64,000 nucleotides of DNA. Origin: Scenedesmus sp. PABB004. Taxonomy: Eukaryota. Positions 11,537-23,375 of this stretch are shown piece by piece. The DNA is taken from NCBI GenBank assembly GCA_014905635.1, contig JABVCE010000007.1:682001-746000 (forward strand). The letters are read 5' to 3'. Numbering within the stretch: position 1 is the stretch's first letter; the number at the start of each line of letters is the position of its first letter. The notes below the pieces were generated by a model. The model saw nothing but the letters and a program-made list of their open reading frames with translations. It was not told the origin of the DNA and searched no databases. Position numbers and translations under genes: made by a program.

Positions 11537-14129
11537 TCAGACGCCCTCCAGCGCCTTCTCCAGCGCGGCGAGCTGCACCTGCAGCTTGCCGAGCGGCGCA
11601 CGCGCCTGCCTGGCGGCGACCAACGCCTTCGCCGGCTCGCGCCCCGCGGCGCGCATGGCCTGCACATCAGCAGCGTGCTCGCTGCTGGCGTCGCCAACGC
11701 CCTGCTGCGGCTGCGGCTGCGGCGGCTGCAGCGCTGTCAGCTGCTCCAGCACGTCGTTCAACTGCGTCTGCGCCTCCGCCAGCTGCTGCTGCAGCGCCGC
11801 CGCGGTCGCGCCGCGCGCCATCAGGCGGCCAGCCGAACGCGCGCGCCCGCTGTGCGCCTGCTGCGTGGCGGCCGCCTCAGTCACCGCGTTGGCGGCGCGC
11901 GGCGCGAGCTCGAGCGCGAGCGCCTGCAGCGCGCTCGCGTTGTGCCGCGCCGCGTCGACGGCGTCGAGCGCGGCACGCTGCAGCTCCAGCAGCTGACCCG
12001 CCACCTGCTGCTCCAGCGACTCGTGTCGCGCACTGCGAAGGAGAGGGCGGGCGAGGGCAGCTCGCACCGCGCGCGGGGCGCGCCGCGCCGCGCTTAGTGC
12101 GGGCTCGGGCCCCGCGGGGCGCGGCTCGGCCGCTCACGGTGCGGCCATGAAGACCTCGGCCGGCGTGAGCGGCGTGGGGTCGTCACCGGACCGCACCCGC
12201 ACGTCGGCCACGATTGACAGCTCCACCTGCTGCTGCTGCTGCTTGTCCGCGGCGTCGCGGCAGTGCAGCAGGCCGATGGCCTGGCCCAGGTGCGACTGCC
12301 CAGCCAGCGTGCCGGTGAGGAAGACGGCGCCAGAGTGCAGCCGCGCGACGAACTGCTTCCCCTGCGGTGTGCGGAGCCAGAAGGAGAACCCGCGCGGCTG
12401 CGTGGCGGTGTCGAGGACCAGCCGCCCGCCCAGCGGCAGCAGGTGCTTGGCGCCGACGTCGACGCAGCCCTGTGCGGGGTCAGGCGAGCGGCGGCGCGGC
12501 GCGGCGGCTGTGTGTGCGGCGGCGCTGCTGCACCGCGCGCTGCCCTCAAAAGCCAGCACCGCACCTCCACGTGCACGGCATTGCCTGTGCGGTGGTCCAC
12601 GTGGGCCCCCTCGCCGACGTCCTGCCCGCAGCTCGCGACCACGCTCAGGCCCTGCAGCGAACAGCCCGCCAGGTAGGAGTACAGGCAGGCGAGCAGGCCG
12701 GTGTGCGCCTCCACGTCGCGCAGGTCGGGAAAGAGGATGCGGCGGAAGCCCTTGTCCTGCGGCGGCGGCCCGGCGGCGCGCTCCGTCCGCCGCCGCCACG
12801 CCGGCAGCCCTGCTTGATCTGAGATCAACCCCGCCCAGTGGCAGCTCGCTCACCTGCCAGGCGCCGTCGTTGGCGGACGGCAGCAGGCCGCAGGAGATGA
12901 GGCCGTGCAGCGCCTGGTTGAGCGAGGCGCGCTGCGTGGCGTCAAAGCCTGGGCCGCACTGCACCAGCAGCAGCGCCGACACGTGTCGCTTGAGCTCAGG
13001 CGGCAGCTTGGCCGGCCAGGAGACAAGTGTCCGCTCGACGGCCATCTTGACCTCGGGGATCTGCGCAGCGCGACGGCGTCTTAGGACTCAGCCGGATGCC
13101 ATGTCGAGACAGGCGCGGCTGTGCTCACCTTGCCGAGGTCCAGGCAGTCAGACACCAGGTGCCCTAGCAGCCTCGCCGCCGCCACGGTGTCGGCGGGCAG
13201 CTGGTCGGGAGTGCGAATCAGCACGTCACGGCAGATGCGCGGCTGCGGCGCCGTGACGGCAGGACGGGCCTGGAGTCAGCAGCAGCGGCGACAGAGAGAG
13301 CGGCGGCGGCCAGCCCACGCCGCGATAGCAGCGGCGGTCAGCGCCTGCGCGGCGCGGTCGCACTGCGAGGCCCACCTCGAGCGAGCTGCGCTCCTCCTCA
13401 AACGAGGCGCGCTCCTCCCCGCGGCGCTCGTTCTCGCGCCGGTGCTGCAAGCTGGCGCGGCAGCTGCGCTTGTCGCCGTCAAAGCGCGCGCGCGGCTCGA
13501 GCTTGCCACACTGGCTGCAGAAGCGCCAGAGGGCGTTGCCGCCGCCCTTGACCTGCAGCGCCGCGCCCTGCATCGCGGGCGCGCGGGCGAGCGGGCGGCG
13601 TGAGCTCACGCCGGCGCCTCGAGGCGCCGGCGCGACAGCGCGCCGGCGAGCCGCGCCGCACGTGTCCCGGGGAGCCACGTGCCCCTGCCAGGCGCCGCCG
13701 CCGTGGCCGCCGCCGCCGCGGCGGCGCGCACCTTGAGGTGCTCAGGGCAGATCTTTTTCTTCACGCAGTAGGAGCTGGTCAGCGTCGTGATGTCCACGCA
13801 GCAGCCCTCCGCCTGTGGGGGCACGCGGCGGTGGCGGGGCGCGTCGCGGGCGCTGAGCGTCGAGCGGCACCCCGCCAGCGTCGCGCGGCGCCGCCAGCCG
13901 TGCACGTGGCGCGCCCGCGCACCGGGCAGAGGTTGGACTCGCCGCCGCTCGGCGGCTGCCCGCTGCTGCTGCTGCTCCCCTTGTCCAGCTCAAAGCTTTC
14001 CAGCCTGGCCGGGGCCTTCTTCGCGCGCTTGCAGGGGCCGGCGGTCGCCTCGTCGTCGGGCGCGCGCTTCCCCACCGCGGCACCGCCGCCGCCGCCGCTG
14101 CAGCCCCTGCCGCCTCCAGGCGTGTCCAT
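11537..14129 (-). CDS. SBP (SQUAMOSA promoter-binding) domain protein with a central unassigned domain and C-terminal coiled coil (about 8 exons)
   Basis: C.AEGC...SYCVKKKICPEHLK...WRFCSQCGKLEP..RFDGDKRSCRASL. Phase-compatible GT-AG introns join RSSLE|ARPAVT..., DLGK|IPEVKMAVER..., GAWQ|DKGFRR..., VHVE|GCVDV... and MAAP|ARHESLEQQ, giving one gene. Confidence 0.8.
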
Positions 14130-14556
14130 CAGGGCGTGAATAGCGTGCCGGCTGGCGAGCGCGCCCGCCGGCTGGCGCTGCTACGGGCCAGCAGCGTGCA
14201 CGCTGCTGAGGGCTGCTCCGCGGCCAGGCCCCGGCGCGCGCCCTGGCGCGGCCTGAGAGCGTGTTTCGGCGTTCGGGCTGTCGTTTGCTTGATGCCGAGG
14301 CGATGCGGGTGGCCGAGGGCCGATTTCGGCGCGGCGGCCGCGCCGCCGCGCAAAGCAGTCAGCGCTTTGTGATCGTCTGCCGGCGCCCTCTTCTAGCACG
14401 TGGGCACCTAGCACGCTGCGAGCCGCGACCGGGCCGGGCAAGCTGCGGGAGCGCCGCGCGGTTAAGCCGGCGCTGAACCCACCGCCGCCGCACCCAGTGG
14501 GAACCGCCCCGCCGCCCTGCCCCGCCCGCCGCCGCCCTCTCTCCGCCGACACAGCC

Positions 14557-17500
14557 TCACAGCCCCACCGCCGCCGCCGCCGCCGCGCCCTGCGCGGCGG
14601 CCAGGTCGGGCGCAGCCGCCACGGCACGCGCGAGCGCCGCCAGCGCGCCCCGCGCCGCCAGCGCCTCGCGCCGCTCCAGCTCCACGACGCGCTGCATCAC
14701 CATCGACAGCTGCAGCGCGCCCACCTGCGACCCGCCGCAGGGCGCGCAGGGCGCGCGTGGGACGGACGGCTGCGCGCGCCGCGCCGCTGCCCGTGCCAGC
14801 CCGCGCCGGCGCCGCACCCGCATCGGAAAGTCGCGCTCCTTGCCCTTGGGCTTGGAGGCCTGGCGCTCGGACAGCAGCCCGCCCTCCTCACGCAGCTTGC
14901 CTGCGCGCGCGGCGCGCGCCAGGCGGCGGTCGGCAGTCGGCAGCGCCCGCGCGCTCGAGCTCGGGGCGTGCGGCGCCCCCCGCGCGCACGCACCCAGCAC
15001 GTAGCACATCTCCAGGGGGCTGCCCTCCTCCAGGCCCTGCCGCAGCGGCGCCGGCCGGGCGTGAGCGGGCGAGCCAGGCCGCGGCGGCGTGCCGGCGCCG
15101 CCAGCGGTGCTCGCCCAGCGCTCGCGCACCCTCTCCAGCCCTCCCGCCGTCGCCGCGGGGCAGGCAGGCAGTCCCCCCCCCCCCTCCCCCCGCCCCCCCC
15201 CCCCCCCCCCGCTGGGGTTGAGGGTTCAGCGGCCCGCCGGCGCACCTCCAGGTCGAGCGCGTTGCCCTCCATGCGACCGCGCACGGCCGCCCAGAAGCGC
15301 TGCGTCCACGCCTCATACTCCTCCAGGGCCTCGCCGCTCACCGGCAGGTCCCCGCCCTCGGCGCCTGCGGCGGCGGCGGTGCGCGCGCACGCGTCGGCCG
15401 GGCGCGCGCGTGCCGCGGCGGCGGCCTGGCGCGCCAGGGGCCGCCTGCCCCTCGCTCCCTGTCCCGCCGCGGCGCCCGCGCGGCGGCGGCGCGGCGCGCC
15501 CACCTGCGCCCGCGCGGGCCTGCTTGAGCGCGCGCGCGTCGGCGCGGCCATACTCGTTCAGTGGCACGCCCGCGCGCGCGACCAGCAGGCGCGCGTGGTC
15601 GGCGCTGTGCGCAAAGATGCCGCGCGCGGGGTGCTCAGCCCAGTCGCAGTCCTGCGGAGCGCCGCGCGGCCGGCGCGCGTCGCGGCGGCGGCCGCGGCCC
15701 CCGGCGCGCGGCGCGCGGCGGCAGCGGCCCATGGCGCGCGCGTGCGCGCGCGTGCGGTGCCGCGCAGCAGCGCGCACCTCGCGGTCGCTGTCCTCGCCGT
15801 CGGAGCCCTCCTCCGCGGCGCCGGCGTCGTCGTCGTCCTCGGCGCCCGCGGCGCCCGCCGCGGGCCGGCCCTTGCGGTCCTTGCGGCCCTTGCTCCCGCG
15901 GCTGCCGCTGGAGGCCGCGGGCCGGGCGCGCGGCTTGGCCGCGGGCTGCACGCCCGCGAGCGCCTCCGCCTCCTCGGCCGCCTGCGCGGCGCAGCGGAGG
16001 CGGGCAGTCCGGCGCGGCGCCGGTGGCACCGGCGCGGCCGGCCGCGGCGCGCGCGCTGCGGCTGCGGCGCGCGCGCGCCTGCGCAAACCAGGGCGCGCGG
16101 CCCTCGGCGTCCAGGCCCGCCCAGGCCGCCTGGATCGCGGCGTTGATCTCGCTCGCGCTCGCCTCGGGCTGCTCCGCCTTGGCGGCCTTGTAGCGCGCGA
16201 GGTGGTAGCACTGCGCCCGCGGGCGGCGGTGCCGTGTCGTGCGCGGGCGCGCCGGCGGGCAGGCCCGCCAGGGCGGCGGTGCCTGCCCAAAGCAGGCGCG
16301 CCGCCCGCACACCTTGAACGCGCCGCGCTCCTTGTTGGCCTGCGCCTTCTCAGCCGCGCGCTCGGCGGCCTTGACGGCGCGCTTGGCCGCCCTGCGGGCG
16401 GCGCGGCACGGCGCGGCGTCCGGCGGGGCGGCCGGCCGGCGCGCGGGCGGCGCCGACGCCGCGCGCGGAGCGCGGGCGCGTGCGCCGCGGCGCTCACTTG
16501 GCCGCCTGCGCGTCGTCCGTCGCGCCGCCGCCGGCGCGGCTGCTGCCCGCGCTCTTGCTGGCCGCGGGCTTGGGCCTGGGCGGCGGCGGCGCCGCCGGCG
16601 CCGCCGCGGGGGCGCCGCCGCCGCCCTTCTTCTTGGCCTTGGCCTCGGCCTTGGCCGCCTTGGCCGCCGCCACCACCGCCGGGTCCAGCGCCGCGATCGC
16701 TGGCGCGGCGGCGCGCGGTGGGGCGCGGGCGGCGGCGGGGCGCGCGTGAGCGGCAGCGCGCGGGGCCGCGGGGCGGCGGCCCGAGCGGCGCGGGGCCCTC
16801 ACCCGCCGCCACGCGCTCCTTGTCCGCCACGGCCTTGGCCTCCCAGCCGGCGCGGTCGTCCGGGCCGAGCGCCTTCCAGAGCTCGCCCAGCTTCTTGCCG
16901 AGGCCGCCAAACGAGAGCTCGGGGTTGGCGGCTGCGCCGCGGGCGGCCGCGCACACGGGGCGGCGTCGCGGCGGCACGGCAGGGGCGCCGCGGCGGCGGC
17001 CGGCAGCCGCCGTCAGGCAGCGGGCGGCAGCGAACGGCCCCGCGGCCTCGGGCCCCGCCTGGCTCACCCTTGACCTCGCCGCGCTGGTCGTCTGCGAACA
17101 GCTGGTAGGAGCTCTTGGCGGTGGGCAGCTTCACGCCCGCGCCCGCGCCGGCGGGCCTGCGGCGGCGCGGCGCAGCGGGCGGCGCGGGCTGGTTCGCCGG
17201 CGGTGGCGGCGCGGGCGCGCGCGCGCACTCGCAGGACGGCCCCGCCCGCCCCGGCGCGGCTCACTTGGCGCCCTCGCCCGTGCCGGGCGCCGCCGCCTTG
17301 TCAGCGCGCGGCTTGCGCGGCGCCGCGAGGGGCTTCTTGGCCGGCTGGGGCGCGGCGGGCGCGGCGGGCGGCACCTCCTGCGCCGCCGCCGGCACCTCCT
17401 GGCCGCCGCCGGCCTTGGCGGGCGACACCACCTGCCGGCAAGCAGCGCGCAGCGGGCGGTGAAAGCGTGATTCCCACTACTAAGACAAGCTGCGACGCCA

Positions 17501-18460
17501 CGCAGACACGCGCACACACGCACCTCGGGCTCGCCCGCCTCGGCCATGCTGGCGTCCGCGTCGGTGGGCGCCTCGCTCGTGGTTGCGCCGGCGCTAGCGG
17601 CGCCGGGCTTGGCCGCCTTGGCTGGCGATGAGGAGGCCATGGTCGGCGCCTCGGACGCGGCGGGCGCCGCCGTGGTGGCGGCGGCGGGCTTGGCCTGCTG
17701 GCGGGCGGCGCGAGCGGGCGCAGCGGGCGTGATCGGGCGGGCGGGCGCGCTGCGCGGCGGCGGCGCCCGCCGCGCCGGCGCGCCTGGCCGCGCCCCCACC
17801 TGCGCCGCCACGGTGAGCGCGGGGCGCTTGGGCTGGCCGCCGGCCGCGGGCACGGTGAGCTGGCGCTTGCGGCCACCGATCACGGGCGCCTTGGGCGCGG
17901 CGGACGGGACCGCGGGCGCCTGCAGGGCCGCAGGGGCGGCAAGGGGCAGGGGCGGTGGCAGGGCCGGCGGACGTCCGCTGCTCGCGCCGGTGCGGCGCGG
18001 ACAGGGGAGGGGCAAGCAAACCGGCGCGCGGCGAGCTGCGCACCTGCTTGGCGCTCACGCCGCCGCCGCTCGCGGGCGCGCTGGCTGCCTCGGGCGGCAC
18101 CTGGTGCTCCTTGGTGGCGGGCTCGGCCGCCGGCGGCGCGGCGGGCTCAGGCGCAGCGGGCTCGGGCGCGGCGGGCTTGGGCTCGGGCGCGGCGGGCTTG
18201 GGCTCGGGCGCGGGCGCCTCGGCGGGCTGGGGCTCGGCCGTGGGCGCCTCAGGCGTGACCTCACCGCCACAGGACGGGGCGTCGCCCTCCTGCGAGGCGC
18301 GGGGCGGAGGCAGAGGTGCGGCGCGAGCCTTGGCGATCGACCACGCGCGCGCGGCGCAAGCATACCGGGCGCAGCAGCGGCGCGCGCAAGCCAGCGCACG
18401 CACCTCTGCCAGCAGGGCGCCGAACTCGGCGTCCACGTGATCCATGGCGGCCTGGGACAT
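14557..18460 (-). CDS. HMG-box protein (two HMG boxes, Pro/Ala-rich N-terminus, unassigned C-terminal domain), many exons
   Basis: KLPTAKSSYQLFADDQRGEVK|AANPELSFGGLGKKLGELWKALGPDDRAGWEAKA is HMG box 1; AFK|CYHLARYKAAKAEQPEASASEINAAIQAAWAGLDAEGRAPW is box 2; ATG at 18460. Confidence 0.75.
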
Positions 18461-18957
18461 GGCGCCTGGGCGGCGGCGCGGCGGGCGGCGGCGCGCGCCG
18501 TCGACGTTCAAACTCTGGCGCCTCTCTGCGGCGCGCTCAGAGCGGGGTTGGCGTTTCGCGACTGCCGCATGCGCTCGGGAGCTGCCAGGCGGGCGCTGCG
18601 CCGCTCGGCGCGGAAGCTGGCGCGAGGCATCCCGCCCGACTCCCGACCCCCGACCAGCTCGCAGCGCGCACCTCGCAGCGCGGCCGGCCTCCAGAAGAGC
18701 GCTGAGAGAGAGACTCAGGCGTGAAGCGCGAGCACCGCGTGTCAGGCAGAAGGGCGCTGGATGCAGGGCGAGGCGTGCGCTGTCGCGGGCGGCGTTGGCG
18801 GCGGCGCGTGGCGGGCGGGCGCCGAGCGAGTCAGAGGGCGCGTGGGTGTCTGGTGAGTGGCGACGCGGTCACGGGGTATGCGGCAGAACAAAAAGTCGAA
18901 CGGGCGGCCGGCCTAAACCCCGCTGCGCGCCGCCCGCGCCCTGAACGCCGCCGCACC

Positions 18958-21900
18958 TCAGGCCGCGCCGGCGTCCTCCCAGCGCCAGCGGCAGTCCCCG
19001 AGCGCCGCGGCGAGGGCGGCGTTGAAGGGCGCGTAGAGGTCGGCCAGCAGGCGCCGCGTGTCGGCGCGCATCGGCGGGCGGCGCGCGGCCGCGTTGGCCG
19101 GCGGCGCGCCCGTCATCGCGTCCCACGCGGCCTGCGGCGGGCGCGGCACGCCCAGGAAGCGCAGCGCCGCGTCGAGGTGCTCCGGCAGCGCGGCGACGTA
19201 GTCCTCAAACCGCAGGACCAGCAGCTGCGACCGCGGCCAGTGGCGCAGCCAGTCTTGCAGGAACTCTGCGTACATCCCCTTGACGAGCTGCTGCGGCCGG
19301 TAGCCGCGCACGCACGCGGCGACGCCCTCCGCCGCCGCGCAGCGCCGCCACGCCGCGACGTCCTCCGTCGCGCGCGCGTGCAGGTCGTCGGCCGTCGGCG
19401 CGGGCTTGTCCGCCTCCCACCACCTGCGGCGCGGCGCGGCGCGGCGCGCGGCGCGCGTCCTGCGAGCCTGCCGACCGCACCGCGGCGCGGCGTGCGGCGC
19501 ACGTCCTGCGAGCCTGCCGACCGCCGTGGCGCGGCGCGCGGCGCGCGTCCTGCGAGCCCGGCAGGGGCGCCGCGGCGGCGCGCGCGCGTCCTGCAAACCT
19601 GTAGTAGTAGAACGCGGATTCGTAGCGCTCCACCGGGTCCCGCAGCAGCAGGATGAGGCGCAGCCACGGCGCCGCCTCGCGCAGCAGCGCCGGCATCGTC
19701 GCGTTGGCGCCCGCGGCACCGGCAAACGCCGACCAGGGCTGGTCGCCCCTGCCGGCGGGCCGCGGCGGCGGCGCCCGCGGCGGGCGACAAAGGTGAGGGA
19801 GAGGGAGGAGGGTCGGCCACCCAGGCGGCTGGCGCGGCGCGGCGGCCGGCGCAGCGGCGCGCGGCGGCGGCGCGCGCGCCTGAAGCCGCGCAGGAACACG
19901 CCGTTGGCGCTGGTGAAGGTGTTGCTGCTCGCCTCGCCCGTGATCGCGTCGGGGCGGACGCTGGCGATGATGTCGGCGGCGCGGCCGAACAGCCCGACGT
20001 ACGACGCAAAGCCCCCGCCGGCAGCCCCGCGCCGCAGCTCGCGTTGGCGGGGGCGGGGGACGGGCACTCATCCCAGAAGTGGGGCCCCTGGCGCGCGCGC
20101 GAGCGCGGCGGTGCGCGGCGTGGGGGCCGGCGCGGTGCGGCGTGTGCGGCGTGGGGCGGCGGCCGCGCGGCGGCGCCCGGGCCCACCTTGTTGGCGGCGG
20201 GCAGGATGCGGCGGTGCATGGTGAGTCGGGCATAGAGGTCGCTGGTGCCGCACTTGCTGACGCCGACAATCATAAAGAACGGCAGGCAGGCCAGGCTGGG
20301 GCCGTCGCGCCAGCAGGGGTTGACGTGCCGCGCGTCGAACGCGGCCGGGAGGCCGGCGAACACGTCCGGCGCGAGCGCCGCGAGCGCGGGCGCCCACGGC
20401 GCCGGCGCGCGCGCCGCCCACGCGTCCCGCGGCGCCGGCAGCGCGGGCGCGCCGGCGGGCAGGTACGCCCAGCGCCAGCCGCGCTCGTGCGGTGGCGCGC
20501 ACGCGTCGCCGCTGCTGTTGGCGGCGGCGCGCGGCTGGGGCGCTGCGTCGGCCGCGGCGTCGGCCGTGCGCGCGGGGTCGGCCCCAGACGCGGGGTCGGC
20601 CGCGCGCTGTTCGTGGTGATGCTCTGCCAGCCACTGCTGCCGCTCCCGCTGCTGCCGCTCCGTCAGCACCACCTCGACGCCCGCCGTGCCGCCGCCGCCG
20701 CCGCCGCTGGTCGCCGCCGCCGCCGCTGCGGCGTCGGCGCGCAGCCGCGCAAGCTCGACGTCGCGCGGCTTGTCCGCGATGGCCAGGGCGTGCTGGTATC
20801 CTGCCACCAGCCCACGCACCGCCCAGCCGCCGCTGCCGAGCGGGCCCGCCACGGCCGCGGGCGCGCCGCGCTGCGTCAGGGCCGCGTCGCCGCTGCCCAG
20901 GCAGCCGTACGCGTTGCTGCCTGCGGGGCGAGCGGCGGGCGAGCGGCGGCGCGCGCGGCGCGGCGGGTGAGCGGGGCGCCCGCGCTGAGCGCCGCGCGGC
21001 GCCGGCACTTGCCGCGCCCCTGCCGGCTGCAGTGGGGCCCCTGGGGCTCACCCCAGGAGAACACACGATCGGTTGTCGCAGCAAGGGAGAAGTACTGGAG
21101 GAGAGAAGGGGGAGGGAGAGTAGGAGGGGCGGAGCAAAGCGAGGGAACGGGTCAGCGCGCGCGCGCACGCGCGGCCAGCGGCCCGGCGGCGCGCCGCGGG
21201 CGCACCTCGCCGGCCGCCACGTGCCGCACGTGCTGCCCCGCGAGCTCGCCCGCGACGAGCCCCGGCTCGCCCGCCGGACCCTCTCGGCCGAGCGCGGGCT
21301 GCCCGCCGCCCCAGGAGAAGACGCGCCCGTCGGCCGTGACCGCCAGCGCGTGCGCCCGCCCCGCCGCGACCGCGACGACGCGCTGCTCCGCGAGCGCGCC
21401 GCCCACGCGGCCGGGCTGGTGCGGGTCGCCGCCGCGGCCGAGCTCGCCGGCGGCATTGGGGCGGCGCGGCGTGGGCAGCGTGCCCGCGTAACCATCATCC
21501 AGGTTGTCGCATGACCACACGGCGCCGTCGTCGGTCACCGCCAGCCAAAAGGTGTAGCCTGGGTGGGCCGCGAGGAGGCGGCGGGGTGCGGGCGCGCCGT
21601 GTCGTGCGCGTGTCGGCAGCGCGGCCGGCGCGGCCCGCCGCGCGTGCGCACGCCCGCGCAACCCCGCGGCGCACCGACATCGAACGCGACGACGCGGCGC
21701 CCGCGCAGCGCGCCGCCGACGGGGCGCGGCCGCCACGCCTCGCCGGCCGGCGCGAGCTGCCCGGGGCAGGCGTCGTAGCCCCACGACCAGAGCCTTCCCT
21801 CACCGTCCAGCGCGAGCGCCGAGTACCGCCCTGCCGCCACGCCCACGATGCGGAGCCCCGCGAGCGCCTCGACCCGCGCGGGCGCGGCGTCGGCGCAGGA

Positions 21901-22970
21901 CCAGCCGTGCGTGCAGGCGCCGCCGCCGGCGCCACTGGCGCTGGCGTTGCGGCCGGCGACCGCGCGACCGAGCTGGCCGGCGTCGTTGAGACCCCAGGTC
22001 AGCACCGCGCCGTCTGCGGCCAGGGCCACCGAATGGTAGCGCCCCGCCGCCACCTGCACCACCCGTGGCGCGCCCGCCAGCGCGCCGACGCGCGCGGGCG
22101 CCTGGCTGCCGCCGCGGCCGAGCTGGCCCGCGTCGACCAGTGGCGCGCTGCCGTGGCCGCCGCCGCCGGCGCTGTCGCCGGGGCCCATCGACCAGACGGC
22201 GCCGTCGTGCGTGAGCAGCAGCGAGTGCCGGCTCGCGGCGGCGGAGACCACCTGCGGCGGCGGGGGGCGCACGGCCGGCGGCTGCACGCGTGCGCAGCGC
22301 GCACGCGCCGCGGCAGCGCGCACGAACTGCGCCCCCGCCCGCCCCATGCGGCGCGCGCAGCGCGGCTGCTGCCGCCCCACCGTCAGCTGCGGCAGCGTCA
22401 GCTGCGGCACCCCGGTGTCGCCGCCGAGGCGGCCGAGCCGGTGGCCCGCATCCAGGCCCCAGCTCCAGAGCGCACCGCCGCCTGCGCGTGGGCGGGGCGC
22501 GCGCGCAGCCTGGGCAGCCGCGGCGCGGCCGCAGGCACAGCGCCGGCGCCCCGCACCCTCGACGCGCCACGAGAGCTGCGCGCCAAGCAGCCGGCCGGCC
22601 GCCGCGCCAGTGCCGCCGGGCGGTCGCTCGGCCGCCGCCTCGGGCTGCTGGCCGGGCAGGCCGCGCTCCGGCTCCTGGCCGGGCAGGCCGCTGCCGCCGC
22701 CCTGGTCGGCGCGGCGCCTGAGCCCTCGGTAGAGCCTGGCGGCGGCGGCGGTTGCGGCGGTTGCGGCGGTTGCGGCGCAGCGCAACGCGCGGCGCGGCGC
22801 GGCGCGGCGCGGGCGGCGACGGTCACGGCGGCGGCGCACCAGGAGCACTGGGCGAGCAGGAGCGCGAGCATCGCCAGCGTCGCGAGCTCTCGGCGCGACG
22901 CGCGGTGCCGCGGCAGCAGCGCGCCAGCAGCAGCGCCGCGCCCGGCGGCGCGCGTTGCGCCGGCCGGCAT
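18958..22970 (-). CDS. RCC1-repeat plus sulfotransferase (Sulfotransfer_1, CHST15/heparan-type) fusion with an N-terminal TM anchor
   Basis: RCC1 repeats (VVQVAAGRYHSVALAADGAVLTWGLNDAGQLGR; VAAGRAHALAVTADGRVFSWG); 5'-PSB FMIVGVSKCGTSDLY; 3'-PB LLRDPVERYESAF; GMYAEFLQDWL..WPRSQLLVLRFEDY; LYAPFNAALA. The last RCC1 exon and the sulfotransferase start share one frame. Confidence 0.85.
19427..19595. repeat. Intronic minisatellite with core GCGCGTCCTGCGAGCC x4 in the sulfotransferase gene
   Basis: Four imperfect copies at roughly 43-48 bp spacing. Confidence 0.7.
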
Positions 22971-23375
22971 CAGGATCAGCTCCCAGCTGTCAGCGCCACC
23001 TGTGGCCGGGGCCGCCCATCGCGCCGGTGGCGCCGGCAGCGGCGGCGGCGGCAGCGGCAGCAGCGCGCGGGGCGGGGACGGCCCGGCGGGTGCAGGCGCT
23101 CTGAGCAGTGCGGAAAGTCAACCGGCAACCATTTTTGGCCGCGCCGGCGAGCTTGGGCGGGCCGCTCGACGCCGGCGCTCAAAACGGTCGCGCCGCGCTG
23201 CGCCCCAAAGCCTCGACCCCAGGGGCTCCTCCTCGCGCCTCCCTGTGCGCCGTCGCATCGCCCACGCATCATCCATCGCCACGCCGCCCGCCGCTGCCGC
23301 CGCTGCCGCCGGTGCCGCCGCTGCCGCTGTCGCTGCCGCCGCGCCGCCGCTGCCGCCTGCGATGCGCCGGAGACG

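Noticed and set aside
12134..13228. In-frame TGA codons suggesting selenocysteine or read-through in the SBP locus
   Set aside because: The TGA at 12134 is part of a GTGAG splice donor, and the one at 13226 is in another frame after splicing.
15173..15210. Long poly-C tract as a G-quadruplex regulatory element
   Set aside because: An intronic homopolymer of uncertain assembled length; function cannot be supported from sequence alone.
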